Shown: positions 1 to 9,752, counted from the first letter of the stretch. The stretch is 64,000 nucleotides of DNA from Candidatus Moraniibacteriota bacterium (GCA_030645735.1 JAUSNP010000006.1:4095-68094), one strand, 5' to 3'. Notes: generated from the sequence alone by a model not told the origin. Numbers and translations are program-made.

Positions 1-621
1 ACCATTCGCAATGACATGAACAAGCTGGAAGAAGATGGATTTTTGCATCAGCCACACATTAGTGCTGGGCGAATCCCAACCGACAAAGGATACAAATATT
101 TTGTCGAAGAAATCATGGGCGACACGGAACTTTCTCTGGCGGATCAAAAAAAATTGCAAGCTGAACTTTTGAAACTCAAAGCGCAAAATCAAAGACTCTC
201 CAGAACAACTGCCAAACTGCTTTCGGGACTCAGTGGCAACTTGGCTATCAGTACGATTGAAAAAGATTTTTCTGAATTCGGCATCAAAGAGCTGTTGGGC
301 AAGCCGGAATTTCAGGAAGTGGATGAATTTTGCAAAGTGGCGGAAGCACTGGATTATATTGACGAGAACATTGATTTCATTTTGAAGAATGTCAAAGACA
401 ATGAAACGAAAATTTTCATCGGCAAGGACAATCCGATCAAGGGCATCCCGAATTGTTCACTGGTGGTCTCACCCTACAAAACCAAATCTGGACAGAAAGG
501 CGTGTTGGCAATCATTGGACCAAAAAGAATGAAATATGCTGAGAACAAATCACTGCTCAATTATGTCCGCAAAATGTTGAGCACGAGTGTGCTGATAATT
601 ATGTTAGTAAATATTTTTTAA
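1..621 (+). CDS. hrcA: Heat-inducible transcription repressor HrcA, C-terminal portion (5' end lies outside window)
   Basis: Translation contains the HrcA-type signature [17 protein letters not shown]; position immediately upstream of grpE-dnaK is classic hrcA-grpE-dnaK order; reading frame open from base 1. Confidence 0.8.
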   Translation, partial: TIRNDMNKLEEDGFLHQPHISAGRIPTDKGYKYFVEEIMGDTELSLADQKKLQAELLKLKAQNQRLSRTTAKLLSGLSGNLAISTIEKDFSEFGIKELLGKPEFQEVDEFCKVAEALDYIDENIDFILKNVKDNETKIFIGKDNPIKGIPNCSLVVSPYKTKSGQKGVLAIIGPKRMKYAENKSLLNYVRKMLSTSVLIIMLVNIF

Positions 622-625
622 AATT

Positions 626-1510
626 ATGACAAACAAAAAAGAAAAATATGATGAAGAAATGAAAGATGAAAAAAATGTTAAAACTTTTATTGTGGCGGGT
701 GTTCTATTGGAAAAAGATGGAAAATATTTATTAATTCAAGAAACTAAAAAGAAAGCATACGGTCTTTGGAATATTCCAGCCGGAAAGGTTGAAAAAGATT
801 CAACAATTGAAGAAACAGCAATAAGGGAAGCAAAGGAGGAATCTGGTTTTGATGTTGAATTGATTAGTAAGATAGGCTCTTTTAATGCTAGTGTTGATGG
901 TCCAGTGGGGAATATTTTTTTCGCAAAAATTGTAGGTGGTGAACAAATCGAAGAATCTGATCAAATATTAGCTTCAAAATGGTTTGCCTTAGATGAGATA
1001 AAGAAAATGAAAGATGAATTGCGCGGAGAATACATCATAGAGGCTATAGAATTATTAGAAAGTAAAAATAAGACAAGCGAATATTTGGAAGGTTGGAAGA
1101 GATGTCAGGCGGACTTTGAGAACTACAAGAAGCGTCAAGCGGAATCACAAAAAGATTTGATTCGCTATTCAACCCAAAATATTGTTTTGCAAATTCTGCC
1201 AGTGATCGACAATTTCCACGCTTCGACCGATCACATTCCGGATGACCAGAAAGAAAATGCATGGGTAACCGGCATCATGTACATTCAAAAACAACTCGAA
1301 CAAGTTTTGGTGGATAATGGGGTGACGGAAATTGAAGTGAAAATCGGCGACAACTTTGATCCAGCCAAACATGAAGCGATTGAAGACATGGAATGCAAAG
1401 GTTGCAAAACGAAAGATTACAAATTCCAAAACAAGATCAAGAAAATAGTGACGCGCGGATATCAGATGGGGGAGAAGGTAGTGAGAGCGTCGAGAGTGAT
1501 AGTAGAGTAG
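626..1510 (+). CDS. grpE: NUDIX hydrolase domain fused to nucleotide exchange factor GrpE
   Basis: N-terminal ~140 aa carry a Nudix box (REAKEESGF, GKVEKD...); C-terminal ~150 aa match GrpE (ADFENYKKRQAES...LPVIDNFHAS...KHEAIE...GYQMGEKVVRASRV); single uninterrupted ORF. Confidence 0.75.
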   Translation: MTNKKEKYDEEMKDEKNVKTFIVAGVLLEKDGKYLLIQETKKKAYGLWNIPAGKVEKDSTIEETAIREAKEESGFDVELISKIGSFNASVDGPVGNIFFAKIVGGEQIEESDQILASKWFALDEIKKMKDELRGEYIIEAIELLESKNKTSEYLEGWKRCQADFENYKKRQAESQKDLIRYSTQNIVLQILPVIDNFHASTDHIPDDQKENAWVTGIMYIQKQLEQVLVDNGVTEIEVKIGDNFDPAKHEAIEDMECKGCKTKDYKFQNKIKKIVTRGYQMGEKVVRASRVIVE

Positions 1511-1654
1511 AAAATTTCTAATTAAGAATTTCTAATTTCGAATCAATAACTAATGACATAATGTCTAATTTAATAAGCAAAAAAGTAATAAATTAAATCA
1601 AAGTTTCTGGTGGGTGGGCGAAAAACCACAAACCAAAAACTACAAACTAAACAT

Positions 1655-3619
1655 ATGGGTAAAGTATTAGGAATCGACCTTGGAACTACCAACTCTGCGA
1701 TGTCAGTTGTGGAGGGTGGCAGTCCAGTCATCGTGGAAAACAAAGAAGGCGTGCGAACCACTCCTTCAATGATTGCGATGTCAAAAACCAATGAAAGATT
1801 GGTCGGGCTTTTGGCCAAGCGCCAAGCTGTGACCAATCCAGAAAACACATTGTTTTCCATCAAACGCTTGATCGGTCGTCATTTTGATGACGCTGAAGTG
1901 GCACGCGATATGAAAACTATGCCATACAAGATTGTGAAATCAGGTGAGGGCGTGAAAATTTTGATGGGTGACAAAGAATATACTCCGCAAGAAATTTCAG
2001 CCATGATTTTGTCAAAAATGAAAGCAGATGCGGAAGAAAAATTGGGACAATCAATCACTGAAGCGGTCATCACTGTGCCAGCCTATTTTGATGACTCACA
2101 AAGAAAAGCGACCATCGAAGCTGGTGAAATTGCCGGACTCAAAGTTCTTCGCATCATCAATGAACCAACAGCCGCAGCGCTGGCCTATGGTTTCAACAAA
2201 AAGAAAGATGAAAAAATTGCCGTCTATGACCTTGGAGGTGGAACTTTCGATATTTCAATTTTGGAAGTTTCTGAAGACACAGTGGAGGTGAAATCAACCA
2301 ATGGTGACACTCACCTTGGAGGCGATGACTTCGACCAAGTGTTGATTCACTGGATCATTGATGAATTCAAAAAACAAGAAGGCGTGGATTTGTCCAAAGA
2401 TCCTTTGGCCTTGCAAAGAATCAAAGAGTCAGCTGAAAAAGCCAAGATTGAACTTTCAACTGCGGTGGAAACTGAAATCAATCAACCTTTCATCACAGCG
2501 GATGCCAATGGTCCAAAACATCTTGTGATGAAATTGACCAGAGCTAAACTAGAAGAATTGGTAGGTGACTTGGTACAAAAAACTTTGGAGCCAACCAAGA
2601 AAGCATTGGCGGATGCGAAACTTTCAGTGTCTGACATCAATGAAGTGATTCTAGTTGGAGGTATGACTCGTATGCCATTGGTTTTGCAAACTGTTGAAAA
2701 ATTCTTTGGCAAGAAACCAAACATTTCTGTGAACCCTGATGAAGTTGTGGCACTGGGTGCTGCGATTCAAGGTGGAGTTTTGCAAGGGGATGTGAAGGAT
2801 GTGTTGCTATTAGACGTGACTCCTTTGACACTTGGAATTGAAACAATGGGTGGTATTCGAACTCCTTTGATTGATCGAAACACCACCATCCCAGCTGCCA
2901 AATCACAAACCTTCTCAACTGCCGCTGACAATCAACCATCTGTTGAAATTCATGTTTTGCAAGGTGAACGAGAAATGGCCACTGACAACAAAACTCTTGG
3001 CCGATTCATTCTAGATGGAATTCCACCATCTCCAAGAGGCATCCCGCAAATTGAAGTGACTTTTGACATCAATGCCAATGGAGTTCTTTCAGTGAAAGCC
3101 AAAGACAAAGCCACTGGCAAAGAACAATCCATTCGCATCGAAGCATCCACTGGTCTTTCCAAAGATGAAATTGAAAAGATGAAGAAAGATGCCGAGGCGC
3201 ATGCGGAAGAAGACAAGAAAAAGAAAGAAAATGTTGAAGCCAAAAATATGGCAGACACCTTGGTCTTCACCACTGAAAAAGCTTTGAAAGACGCAGGCGA
3301 CAAAATTTCTGAAGACAAAAAGAAACCAGTCCAAGAAAAAGTTGAAGCCTTGAAAAAAGTCAAAGATGGCGACGACATCGAAGCGATCAAAAAAGCCACC
3401 GAAGAACTATCTCAAGAGGCGCAAAAAATCGGTGAAGAGTTGTATAAAGCAGCTCAACCCGCCAATAATCCTACGGATAATCAGGCGGGCGGGCCCGAAC
3501 AACCAGCCGCAGGTGCCGAGGCGCCAAAAGAAGGTGAAGCTCCGAAAGAAGCTGAAACTGAAAAAGCAGACGACAGCCAGTCCGAAGCTTCAGCGAAGGA
3601 TGGAGAGAAAAAAGAATAA
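1655..3619 (+). CDS. dnaK: Molecular chaperone DnaK (Hsp70)
   Basis: [15 protein letters not shown]-terminus, DLGGGTFD, full-length Hsp70 with acidic/GEEP-rich C-terminal tail; start chosen at internal ATG 1655 matching DnaK N-terminus. Confidence 0.95.
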   Translation: MGKVLGIDLGTTNSAMSVVEGGSPVIVENKEGVRTTPSMIAMSKTNERLVGLLAKRQAVTNPENTLFSIKRLIGRHFDDAEVARDMKTMPYKIVKSGEGVKILMGDKEYTPQEISAMILSKMKADAEEKLGQSITEAVITVPAYFDDSQRKATIEAGEIAGLKVLRIINEPTAAALAYGFNKKKDEKIAVYDLGGGTFDISILEVSEDTVEVKSTNGDTHLGGDDFDQVLIHWIIDEFKKQEGVDLSKDPLALQRIKESAEKAKIELSTAVETEINQPFITADANGPKHLVMKLTRAKLEELVGDLVQKTLEPTKKALADAKLSVSDINEVILVGGMTRMPLVLQTVEKFFGKKPNISVNPDEVVALGAAIQGGVLQGDVKDVLLLDVTPLTLGIETMGGIRTPLIDRNTTIPAAKSQTFSTAADNQPSVEIHVLQGEREMATDNKTLGRFILDGIPPSPRGIPQIEVTFDINANGVLSVKAKDKATGKEQSIRIEASTGLSKDEIEKMKKDAEAHAEEDKKKKENVEAKNMADTLVFTTEKALKDAGDKISEDKKKPVQEKVEALKKVKDGDDIEAIKKATEELSQEAQKIGEELYKAAQPANNPTDNQAGGPEQPAAGAEAPKEGEAPKEAETEKADDSQSEASAKDGEKKE

Positions 3620-3629
3620 CAAACTTTAA

Positions 3630-3659
3630 AAAGAGCGAGGCGTTTGCCTCGCTCTTTTG
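3630..3659 (+). terminator. Rho-independent terminator after dnaK
   Basis: Hairpin agagcgagg-cgtttg-cctcgctct followed by TTTT. Confidence 0.6.
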
Positions 3660-3673
3660 ATAAAATAAAACTT

Positions 3674-4333
3674 ATGAATAAATTTTCAAAATATAATGAT
3701 ATCGAAGCAGTAATTTTAAAAGCTGATAATGATTTAGTTGATATTGAAAATAGATATCAAAAATCTCTCACTGAAGAAAATATACCAGCTGAGTTGCTTG
3801 TCGATATTAAGGATTATCTTGGCAACTTGAAGTCAGCACTTGATTATTGGGCAAATAAATATAATCTTAAATATTTTCCAGTGTGTGATAATGACAAAGA
3901 TTTTGCAAATAAGACAACAACAATTGATTTTAAAATAAAAAATATCTTATCTGCATATCAGCCATATAATAACAATGCTTGGATTAAATGGTTTAACATA
4001 TTAAACAATAAAAGTAAGCACCTAACCTTGGTTCCGCAAAAAAGAAAAGAGTCTGTGGAAACAAAGGTTTCTAATGGTAGTGGTGGCGTTAGCTGGAATA
4101 GTGGTGTTAGATTTGGATCGGGAGTGCGTATTATGGGTGTTCCGATTGATCCAATCACACAATTACCAGTCAGTAATAATTTAGTTAAGACAGAGCGAAC
4201 TATTTGGGTAAATTTTATTTTTGATAATACAGTTTCACCTCTACTGCCAGATAATATCTCCGTACTACCATTTTTGAAAGAGTGCAACATTAAAATTAAG
4301 GAAATAATTAATAATTTAGAAAAAGTTAATTGA
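3674..4333 (+). CDS. Hypothetical protein (very AT-rich insert gene)
   Basis: ORF from ATG 3674 (upstream ATG 3644 lies inside dnaK terminator hairpin); no recognisable domain. Confidence 0.4.
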   Translation: MNKFSKYNDIEAVILKADNDLVDIENRYQKSLTEENIPAELLVDIKDYLGNLKSALDYWANKYNLKYFPVCDNDKDFANKTTTIDFKIKNILSAYQPYNNNAWIKWFNILNNKSKHLTLVPQKRKESVETKVSNGSGGVSWNSGVRFGSGVRIMGVPIDPITQLPVSNNLVKTERTIWVNFIFDNTVSPLLPDNISVLPFLKECNIKIKEIINNLEKVN

Positions 4334-4354
4334 TTTTTTCTAAAATTAAAAAAT

Positions 4355-5023
4355 ATGGAAAATAGATTTAATTGTCCGCATTGTAAGACTAAGATGGTGA
4401 CTTATAAAGAAGAATCTTGTGAAATCCATGATTGGTCAGTAAAAAAAGAAGACGATACATCCGATCATTTTAGAGTATCTCACTTTTTATTGCGGTGCAA
4501 TGGTTGCGATGATATTACATATATCAAAAGGGTTAGTAGCACGATTATGCATTATCAGTCTCGTCCAACCGAGAATGAGCTAATTTCACTTATGCAGTAT
4601 CCAGCAGAGCGTGATTTCTTACCGGAGTACATCAATGGAAATATTAGAAAATTCTATTTAGAGGCAGTTGAAGCGTATAACTTTGGGTTATTAAATTCTG
4701 CATCAGCTATGTGTCGAAGGACTATATACGAAATTTGCGATAAGAAAAAAGTCGCCGGTAAAGATTATGGTGAAAAAATAAAAAATCTAGGACTGGATAA
4801 AAGGATTACAGATCCGCTTCTTAATATTAAAAATATAGGTGATGATAGTTTACATGCAACTGGATGGAATGCAGATACGGTAAAAAAAGCTATCGATGCT
4901 CTAGGTTTAATAATCGACTTGATGTATGTAGCAGAAGAAAAAATAAAAGATTTTTCCAAACATTATACAAAAGAAAATAAAGCAAGAAAAATAGAACAGG
5001 AAGTGAAAGATAAATCCGAATAA
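4355..5023 (+). CDS. Zn-ribbon protein with C-terminal DUF4145-like domain (domain family frequent in defense/restriction contexts)
   Basis: N-terminal CPHC...CNGC; C-terminal YLEAVEAYNFGLLNSASAMCRRTIYEI...KIKNL...ITDPLLNIKNIGDDSLHA resembles DUF4145 pattern; tentative. Confidence 0.4.
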   Translation: MENRFNCPHCKTKMVTYKEESCEIHDWSVKKEDDTSDHFRVSHFLLRCNGCDDITYIKRVSSTIMHYQSRPTENELISLMQYPAERDFLPEYINGNIRKFYLEAVEAYNFGLLNSASAMCRRTIYEICDKKKVAGKDYGEKIKNLGLDKRITDPLLNIKNIGDDSLHATGWNADTVKKAIDALGLIIDLMYVAEEKIKDFSKHYTKENKARKIEQEVKDKSE

Positions 5024-5037
5024 TTTTTAGACATCAC

Positions 5038-5346
5038 ATGAAATTCATCATCATCTACATCACCCACAAAAACATGAGAGAAGCGAAGAAGGTCGCTTCT
5101 CATTTGCTGGGCAAAAGATTGATTGCTTGCGTGAACTATTTTCCAATTCAGAGTTCCTATTGGTGGAAAGGAAAAATTGAGAGCAACAAGGAAATCGTGA
5201 CTCTGGTGAAAACCAAAAAAGCAAACTGGAAAAAAGTTCAAAACGAAGTCAAAAAAATCCACCCCTACGAAACGCCCTGCATAATGAAACTCGAAGTCGA
5301 AGCCGATGTCGATTATGCCGAGTGGATAAACAAAGAAACTAAATAA
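5038..5346 (+). CDS. cutA: Divalent-cation tolerance protein CutA1 family
   Basis: ~100 aa, KRLIACVNYFPIQSSYWWKGKIESNKEIVTLVKT...HPYETPCI typical CutA. Confidence 0.7.
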   Translation: MKFIIIYITHKNMREAKKVASHLLGKRLIACVNYFPIQSSYWWKGKIESNKEIVTLVKTKKANWKKVQNEVKKIHPYETPCIMKLEVEADVDYAEWINKETK

Positions 5347-5360
5347 ATTTATATACCCTA

Positions 5361-5387
5361 AAAAGCCTTGTATGAAGGGCTTTTTTG
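5361..5387 (+). terminator. Rho-independent terminator after cutA
   Basis: aaaagcc-ttgtatgaag-ggctttt stem plus T-run. Confidence 0.5.
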
Positions 5388-5528
5388 TCATGGTCTTGAC
5401 TTTTTGGCTAAAGTATGCTATTATCAATAGAATTCCTAAAACCCGTATGGGATTAGGTCATCCGAAAGGATAAGAGTGCTATCTTCCCACACTATCTTGG
5501 GAAGGCTTATTACATGAGGAGGTGCTGT

Positions 5529-5825
5529 ATGGCGCCGAAAAAAAGAGAAGAAGTTTCAGCTGGTCCTGGTATATCGGACATTATGATGTCCCTTCACAGG
5601 AACGAGAGGGATCGCGTTCTGGTCGACTTCTATCTCGAAAATACCGATCAGATTTCACAGGCCTTGATTGATGGTATAAGATACATCGATCGATCGGCAA
5701 AGTTTGTTGAACTGAGTGGAAACCTGGTCTATATTCATGAAGATAGGAATGAATATCGCCCCCGTGTCCACTTTCGCATGCTGTATTCACTGCAGGGGCG
5801 AAAAGGCACAATAATTTACGATTAG
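5529..5825 (+). CDS. Hypothetical protein (GC-rich, foreign-looking)
   Basis: GAGGAGG SD at 5515-5521 then ATG 5529 (MAPKKREEV...); ORF track start 5514 lies within SD. Confidence 0.4.
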   Translation: MAPKKREEVSAGPGISDIMMSLHRNERDRVLVDFYLENTDQISQALIDGIRYIDRSAKFVELSGNLVYIHEDRNEYRPRVHFRMLYSLQGRKGTIIYD

Positions 5826-5904
5826 GGCGCTAGCAGGAAAGTAGAAATTGGCGGGACACCGGAACATCGGATCCCGCTTTTGTTTTGTAAAATTATTCAG
5901 CAAG

Positions 5905-5959
5905 AACAACCCTCACCCGCTGGCAATCATCTGCGCAACAAATTTCATGCGCGCTTCAG
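5905..5959. repeat. Intergenic repeat family copy 1 (core ~55 bp)
   Basis: aacaaccctcacccgctggcaatcatctgcgcaacaaatttcatgcgcgcttcag; near-identical core recurs at 6363, 7887, 8689. Confidence 0.7.
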
Positions 5960-6025
5960 TATGTTAGGCTCTGTAACGAAATAAGTTCATATAACCACAT
6001 ATAGACACAAGATAAATTAAAACAT

Positions 6026-6349
6026 ATGTCTGAAAAAATAATTCAATTATTTCCTAATGCACAGAAGAAGGATCCGGTGTCGACAAATTCGGAAAAGCTT
6101 GAAGGAAAAATTCAAGTTGAAGAAAGAAATGCAATCATTTTGCTGACACCAGAAAGATTCAATTTTATGTTGGCAGTAAAAAGAAGTAATCCATTTAGCA
6201 TAAATTCTGATACATGCAGAAACGCCGTGGAGAATCTTAAGGGCACATCAAAGGTTGAAATAGCTGAAATGATAAATCTGGCTACCGAATTGGAAATTAA
6301 AAGAAAACCAACCTACTTTACAACGGCATTTAATATGCTTTTGGAATAG
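6026..6349 (+). CDS. Hypothetical protein
   Basis: 107-aa ORF, AT-rich, no recognisable domain. Confidence 0.35.
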   Translation: MSEKIIQLFPNAQKKDPVSTNSEKLEGKIQVEERNAIILLTPERFNFMLAVKRSNPFSINSDTCRNAVENLKGTSKVEIAEMINLATELEIKRKPTYFTTAFNMLLE

Positions 6350-6362
6350 TTATCTAATTAAG

Positions 6363-6400
6363 GACAACCCTCAACTGCCGGCAATCAGCTGTGCAACAAA
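6363..6400. repeat. Intergenic repeat family copy 2 (partial, diverged)
   Basis: gacaaccctcaactgccggcaatcagctgtgcaacaaa aligns to 5' part of core. Confidence 0.55.
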
Positions 6401-6430
6401 CAAATCTGCGTAGGCGGGTTTTTTAATAAA

Positions 6431-6462
6431 TAAAAAAAGGTCACTGGCGGATGCCAAGTGAC
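6431..6462 (-). terminator. Terminator for minus-strand gene 6502..7023
   Basis: ggtcactgg...ccaagtgacc hairpin with T-run on minus strand. Confidence 0.45.
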
Positions 6463-6501
6463 CTTGATGCTACTTTATACAGGTTTTTGTGGTGGTGTCG
6501 A

Positions 6502-7023
6502 CTATTTTTCCGACACTTTTACCACGGTGATTCCTCCGCCGAAAATCTTTTCCAGCGCGTTTGTGATGACAGACAGTGGAAGACCTTGTTTCTCCTTGGG
6601 AGCACAAAGAATGATTTGATTGTTTGCCCGAACTCTCCAGTTAGTGTAGTCGGATATTTCCTGTTCGCCGAAACGGGCTTGGACGGTGTCCCACATGATT
6701 TCATGCGCCGCATTTGCGCGAGTCGCATAAAGATTGTATTTTGCCAGGATGTCCGCAGGCACATCTGCAGGCCCCTGGTAAGCGGCCTGCATATCACCCA
6801 GGAGATCTTCCGCTTTGCGCAGGTAACGGCGATAGATAAAGTGGATTGCCTTTTCAAGTCCATTCATTACCCCGAGGGGTTTGTCGCCAGGTTCCACAAC
6901 GCTTGGCTCGTCAATTGATGAGTCATTCGCCATGGCAACAAAGATTTCCGCCAGCAACGAGCCTTTTGCAGCTACAATTGCCCGAGCTTGTTTTAATAGG
7001 TTGATGTCGTTGAGACTCTTCAT
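6502..7023 (-). CDS. Hypothetical protein (GC-rich)
   Basis: 173-aa ORF with downstream terminator on minus strand; preferred over overlapping plus-strand ORF 6451..6918. Confidence 0.45.
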   Translation of the reverse strand: MKSLNDINLLKQARAIVAAKGSLLAEIFVAMANDSSIDEPSVVEPGDKPLGVMNGLEKAIHFIYRRYLRKAEDLLGDMQAAYQGPADVPADILAKYNLYATRANAAHEIMWDTVQARFGEQEISDYTNWRVRANNQIILCAPKEKQGLPLSVITNALEKIFGGGITVVKVSEK

Positions 7024-7137
7024 TGTCTACCCCTCTCAAATTGTATAGGTGCTTTTTAATTACATTATCAGGCCCAGTGCCCAATACATGATTTAAGCAT
7101 ATTTTAGAAAATTAGTCAAAGTAAGGATTTTTTGCAC

Positions 7138-7165
7138 TTGACTTTTTCAATGATATGTGTATAAT
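7138..7165 (+). promoter_or_regulatory. Sigma70-like promoter (TTGACT-N16-TATAAT)
   Basis: TTGACT 7138-7143, TATAAT 7160-7165, upstream of 7237 gene which has AGGAGGG SD. Confidence 0.45.
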
Positions 7166-7236
7166 ATAGAATCTGGCGCAGGAAGTGTCAGAGGGGTAGT
7201 ATTTTTTACAATCAACTTTTAGGAGGGAACAGAAGG

Positions 7237-7797
7237 ATGAAGAAAAATGATAAACCTTCGGCAATGGAGTTAGAGCTCGACGGAACTTTGGTCGGGAGCA
7301 TCCTGGCCTGCATGGCATCCGGCAAGTTTTCGGACTATGCCAAAGGCAAGAAGCTCGAAGATGGGCAGATGGTCTTGGGCGAAATGACTTCTTTTGAGAA
7401 AGCCTGCCTGACTGTAGCCGATGAAGCCAAAAGTAAGCACAATGGTCTCGTCAACGGCGGCATTCCGTCCCAGGATAAAAACATGATTCTGGAAGTCGGC
7501 TTTCTGTCTAAGAGGGCTGATCAGGCGATGGGTCTGATGTGGTCGTCAATAGAGGAGCGGCTGAATTCGGGAGATTTCCGTGGCGTTGGGTTAGCGGAGG
7601 GATTTCAAATCTTTGGCCTCAGTAAATCGGCATCCGGATGCGATGAATGTCCGATCAGCGATGGTTGCCCCAACGCTGGCGAATGTGATGGCGAACCCAA
7701 TATCATCCGGGTCAGAGCTGGCTCCATGGAAGGTGCTATGCTCGGCATTTTGCTGGCTGGACTTCCCGGTATGTCGCCAGGCTTTCCTCGCGGCTGA
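7237..7797 (+). CDS. Hypothetical protein (GC-rich, Cys/Gly-rich C-terminal half)
   Basis: 186-aa ORF with SD aggaggg 7 nt upstream. Confidence 0.45.
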   Translation: MKKNDKPSAMELELDGTLVGSILACMASGKFSDYAKGKKLEDGQMVLGEMTSFEKACLTVADEAKSKHNGLVNGGIPSQDKNMILEVGFLSKRADQAMGLMWSSIEERLNSGDFRGVGLAEGFQIFGLSKSASGCDECPISDGCPNAGECDGEPNIIRVRAGSMEGAMLGILLAGLPGMSPGFPRG

Positions 7798-7886
7798 TGT
7801 GAATGTGCCCCATCAAAATGGGTTATGGGGGTTGCTCGATGAGCGACCTCCATTTTTTTTATGCTAAAATAGATTCGCTTAGTAAT

Positions 7887-8011
7887 GACAATCCTCACCT
7901 GCTAGCAATCACCTGCGCAACAAATTTCATGCGCGCTTCAGTTTTGAAAACAGAAAAACATTCTCATATTCTCAAGAATGTCAGAATGTCGATATGAAGT
8001 GTGCTAGAATA
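7887..8011. repeat. Intergenic repeat family copy 3 (full ~125 bp) with extended -10-like box TGcTAGAAT at 8002-8010
   Basis: Core plus 3' extension ttttgaaaacagaaaaacattctcatattctcaagaatgtcagaatgtcgatatgaagtgtgctagaata; ~95% identical to copy 4; ends 15 nt before ATG of 8026 gene. Confidence 0.7.
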
Positions 8012-8025
8012 ATAAGGGGTAAGTA

Positions 8026-8673
8026 ATGAATATGAAAAATATTAAATTTATTTGGTATGCACTAACATTTATTCCGATTATTTTATTAATTCTGGGATAT
8101 ATTTTTCCATCCCAATTTTTTGGGAGTCAGGAATCGATAAGGGATTTTGTCAATCAGTTTGGTATATTTTCTCCGGTTGCTTTTATTTTGATACAAATTA
8201 CGCAAGTTATTATTACTCCTTTTAGTCATTATGCCGTATCTATCGCAGGAGGATTTATTTTTGGAACATGGTACGGGTTTGTTTATAATTGGATTGGTAG
8301 AGTCGTTGGAACAGCAATAGCTTTTTATTTGGGGCGTTATCTAGGAAGAAGGATAATTAAACATGTAGTGAAAGAAGAAACTATTGAAAAATATGATTAT
8401 TACTTTGATAAAGGAAAATTATTATTATTCTTGGCATATTTCCTGCCGTTATTTCCAGATGACGAACTTTCTTATTTGGCAGGTTTCTCAGCTATGAGTC
8501 CAAAGGTATTCCTGCCTCTAATGGCAATTGGACATGTTAGTGGGAGTCTGTCCTTGGCATATTTAGGAAATGGAATCCAGTCAGCCAGGGACCCAATGTT
8601 TATTTTTCTTTCTTTGATAACTCTGATTGGTGGCATGCTGTTTGTTCGGCGATATAAAAAATTACATAAATAG
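8026..8673 (+). CDS. DedA/TVP38 (VTT-domain) family membrane protein
   Basis: Multi-TM 215 aa with LSYLAGFSAMSPKVFLPLMAIGHVSGSLSLAYLGNG pattern typical of DedA/SNARE-associated family. Confidence 0.6.
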   Translation: MNMKNIKFIWYALTFIPIILLILGYIFPSQFFGSQESIRDFVNQFGIFSPVAFILIQITQVIITPFSHYAVSIAGGFIFGTWYGFVYNWIGRVVGTAIAFYLGRYLGRRIIKHVVKEETIEKYDYYFDKGKLLLFLAYFLPLFPDDELSYLAGFSAMSPKVFLPLMAIGHVSGSLSLAYLGNGIQSARDPMFIFLSLITLIGGMLFVRRYKKLHK

Positions 8674-8688
8674 AAATGTTCGTAGCGA

Positions 8689-8815
8689 GAACAATCCTCA
8701 CCTGCTGGCAATCATCCACGCAACAAATTTCATGCGCGCTTCAGTTTTGAAAACAGAAAAAACATTCTCACATTCTCAAGAATGTCAGAATGTCGATGTG
8801 AAGTGTGCTAGAATA
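8689..8815. repeat. Intergenic repeat family copy 4 (full) with extended -10-like box TGcTAGAAT at 8806-8814
   Basis: Near-identical to copy 3; lies ~37 nt upstream of ATG of NUDIX gene 8852. Confidence 0.7.
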
Positions 8816-8851
8816 GCTAAGTAATTAATTCATGAATTAAATATGTAATTT

Positions 8852-9394
8852 ATGGACGAAGAACTCTTAGATATTGTTGATGAAAATAATGAGTTGACTG
8901 GCGAAAGCGTTTTGCGGAGCAAGGTTCACGCTGAGGGTCTTTGGCATCGAACGATTCATATCTCTGTTTTTCGAAAAAGAGAAAATCAGCTTGAATTTTT
9001 GGTTCATCTGCGATCAAAATTCAAAGATTTTCATGCCAATCAATGGGGCACAAGCGTTGGCGGACATATAAAATCTGGTGATAGTTTTGAAGAAGCTGTG
9101 AAAGCTGAATTGTGGGAAGAGATTGGGCTGAAAGTTGATTTTGCAAAACTTATCGGCGGTTATTGGCGCAAGAGAGACAAGAATCCTGATCGTGAATTTA
9201 CAAAAAATTATTGCTTTGAATTTGATGGCGATTTGGCAGATCTGACTTTCAATGATGGGGAAGTGCAAGAAGCAAAATGGATGAATGTGGCGGAGATTCA
9301 AAATTCTTTGCAGAAAAATCCAGAAATCTGGGCTGGCACCGGTGCTGGTCTTGTGGGCGTGTTGAATTTTTTGAAAGAAAATCATGAAATTTAA
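8852..9394 (+). CDS. NUDIX-family hydrolase
   Basis: GGHIKSGDSFEEAVKAELWEEIGL Nudix-box-like motif, ~180 aa. Confidence 0.6.
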   Translation: MDEELLDIVDENNELTGESVLRSKVHAEGLWHRTIHISVFRKRENQLEFLVHLRSKFKDFHANQWGTSVGGHIKSGDSFEEAVKAELWEEIGLKVDFAKLIGGYWRKRDKNPDREFTKNYCFEFDGDLADLTFNDGEVQEAKWMNVAEIQNSLQKNPEIWAGTGAGLVGVLNFLKENHEI

Positions 9395-9677
9395 AAACGA
9401 CAATTTCAAAAGAAAAAGAGGCGGGTATAGTCGGCTGTTGGAAATTTCTTGCGAGAAATGTGGCGAGGTTCTTTGTCGCTATCAAAAAGATGGACCTGGC
9501 AATTTACGACGCATGTATCATGACAGAATTTCTGATCCCGCAGTTTCAATTTCCAAGAAAAGCTTGGAATGCTCGCAAGGTCATTTGTTGGGAGTTGAAA
9601 TAATCTACGCCAAAGAAAATCGTCCAGCCTTTCGTTTGATTGCGGATGCGGTGAAAAAGAAGATTATTAAAGTATAA
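9384..9677 (+). CDS. Small Cys-containing (zinc-ribbon-like) hypothetical protein
   Basis: CEKCGEVLC...C..H; start overlaps NUDIX stop, suggesting co-transcription. Confidence 0.35.
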   Translation: MKFKNDNFKRKRGGYSRLLEISCEKCGEVLCRYQKDGPGNLRRMYHDRISDPAVSISKKSLECSQGHLLGVEIIYAKENRPAFRLIADAVKKKIIKV

Positions 9678-9752
9678 GTTTTTAAAATAAAAACGAGAGC
9701 CTGCGATGTTGTCGCGAGACTCCCTGTGTGGGTGTGGCGATTCAGTATGGTT

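Noticed and set aside
560-600. CIRCE-like inverted repeat gagcac...gtgctg near hrcA 3' end
   Set aside because: Only 5-bp arms, lies within coding sequence, does not match TTAGCACTC-N9-GAGTGCTAA
2950-3399. Antisense ORFs inside dnaK (e.g. 2950..3399 -, 2637..2939 -, 3366..3629 +)
   Set aside because: Fully embedded in the strongly supported dnaK reading frame; Lys-rich plus-frame ORF is an alternate frame of the charged DnaK tail
6451-6918. Plus-strand ORF 6451..6918
   Set aside because: Overlaps minus-strand ORF 6502..7023 which has a proper downstream terminator on its strand; plus ORF would start inside that terminator
7803-7997. ORFs 7803..7997 + and 8627..8824 + sharing peptide NPHLLAI(T/I)CATNFMRASVLKTEK
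   Set aside because: They are translations of the intergenic repeat copies 3 and 4; conservation is at DNA level with no SD, so not coding
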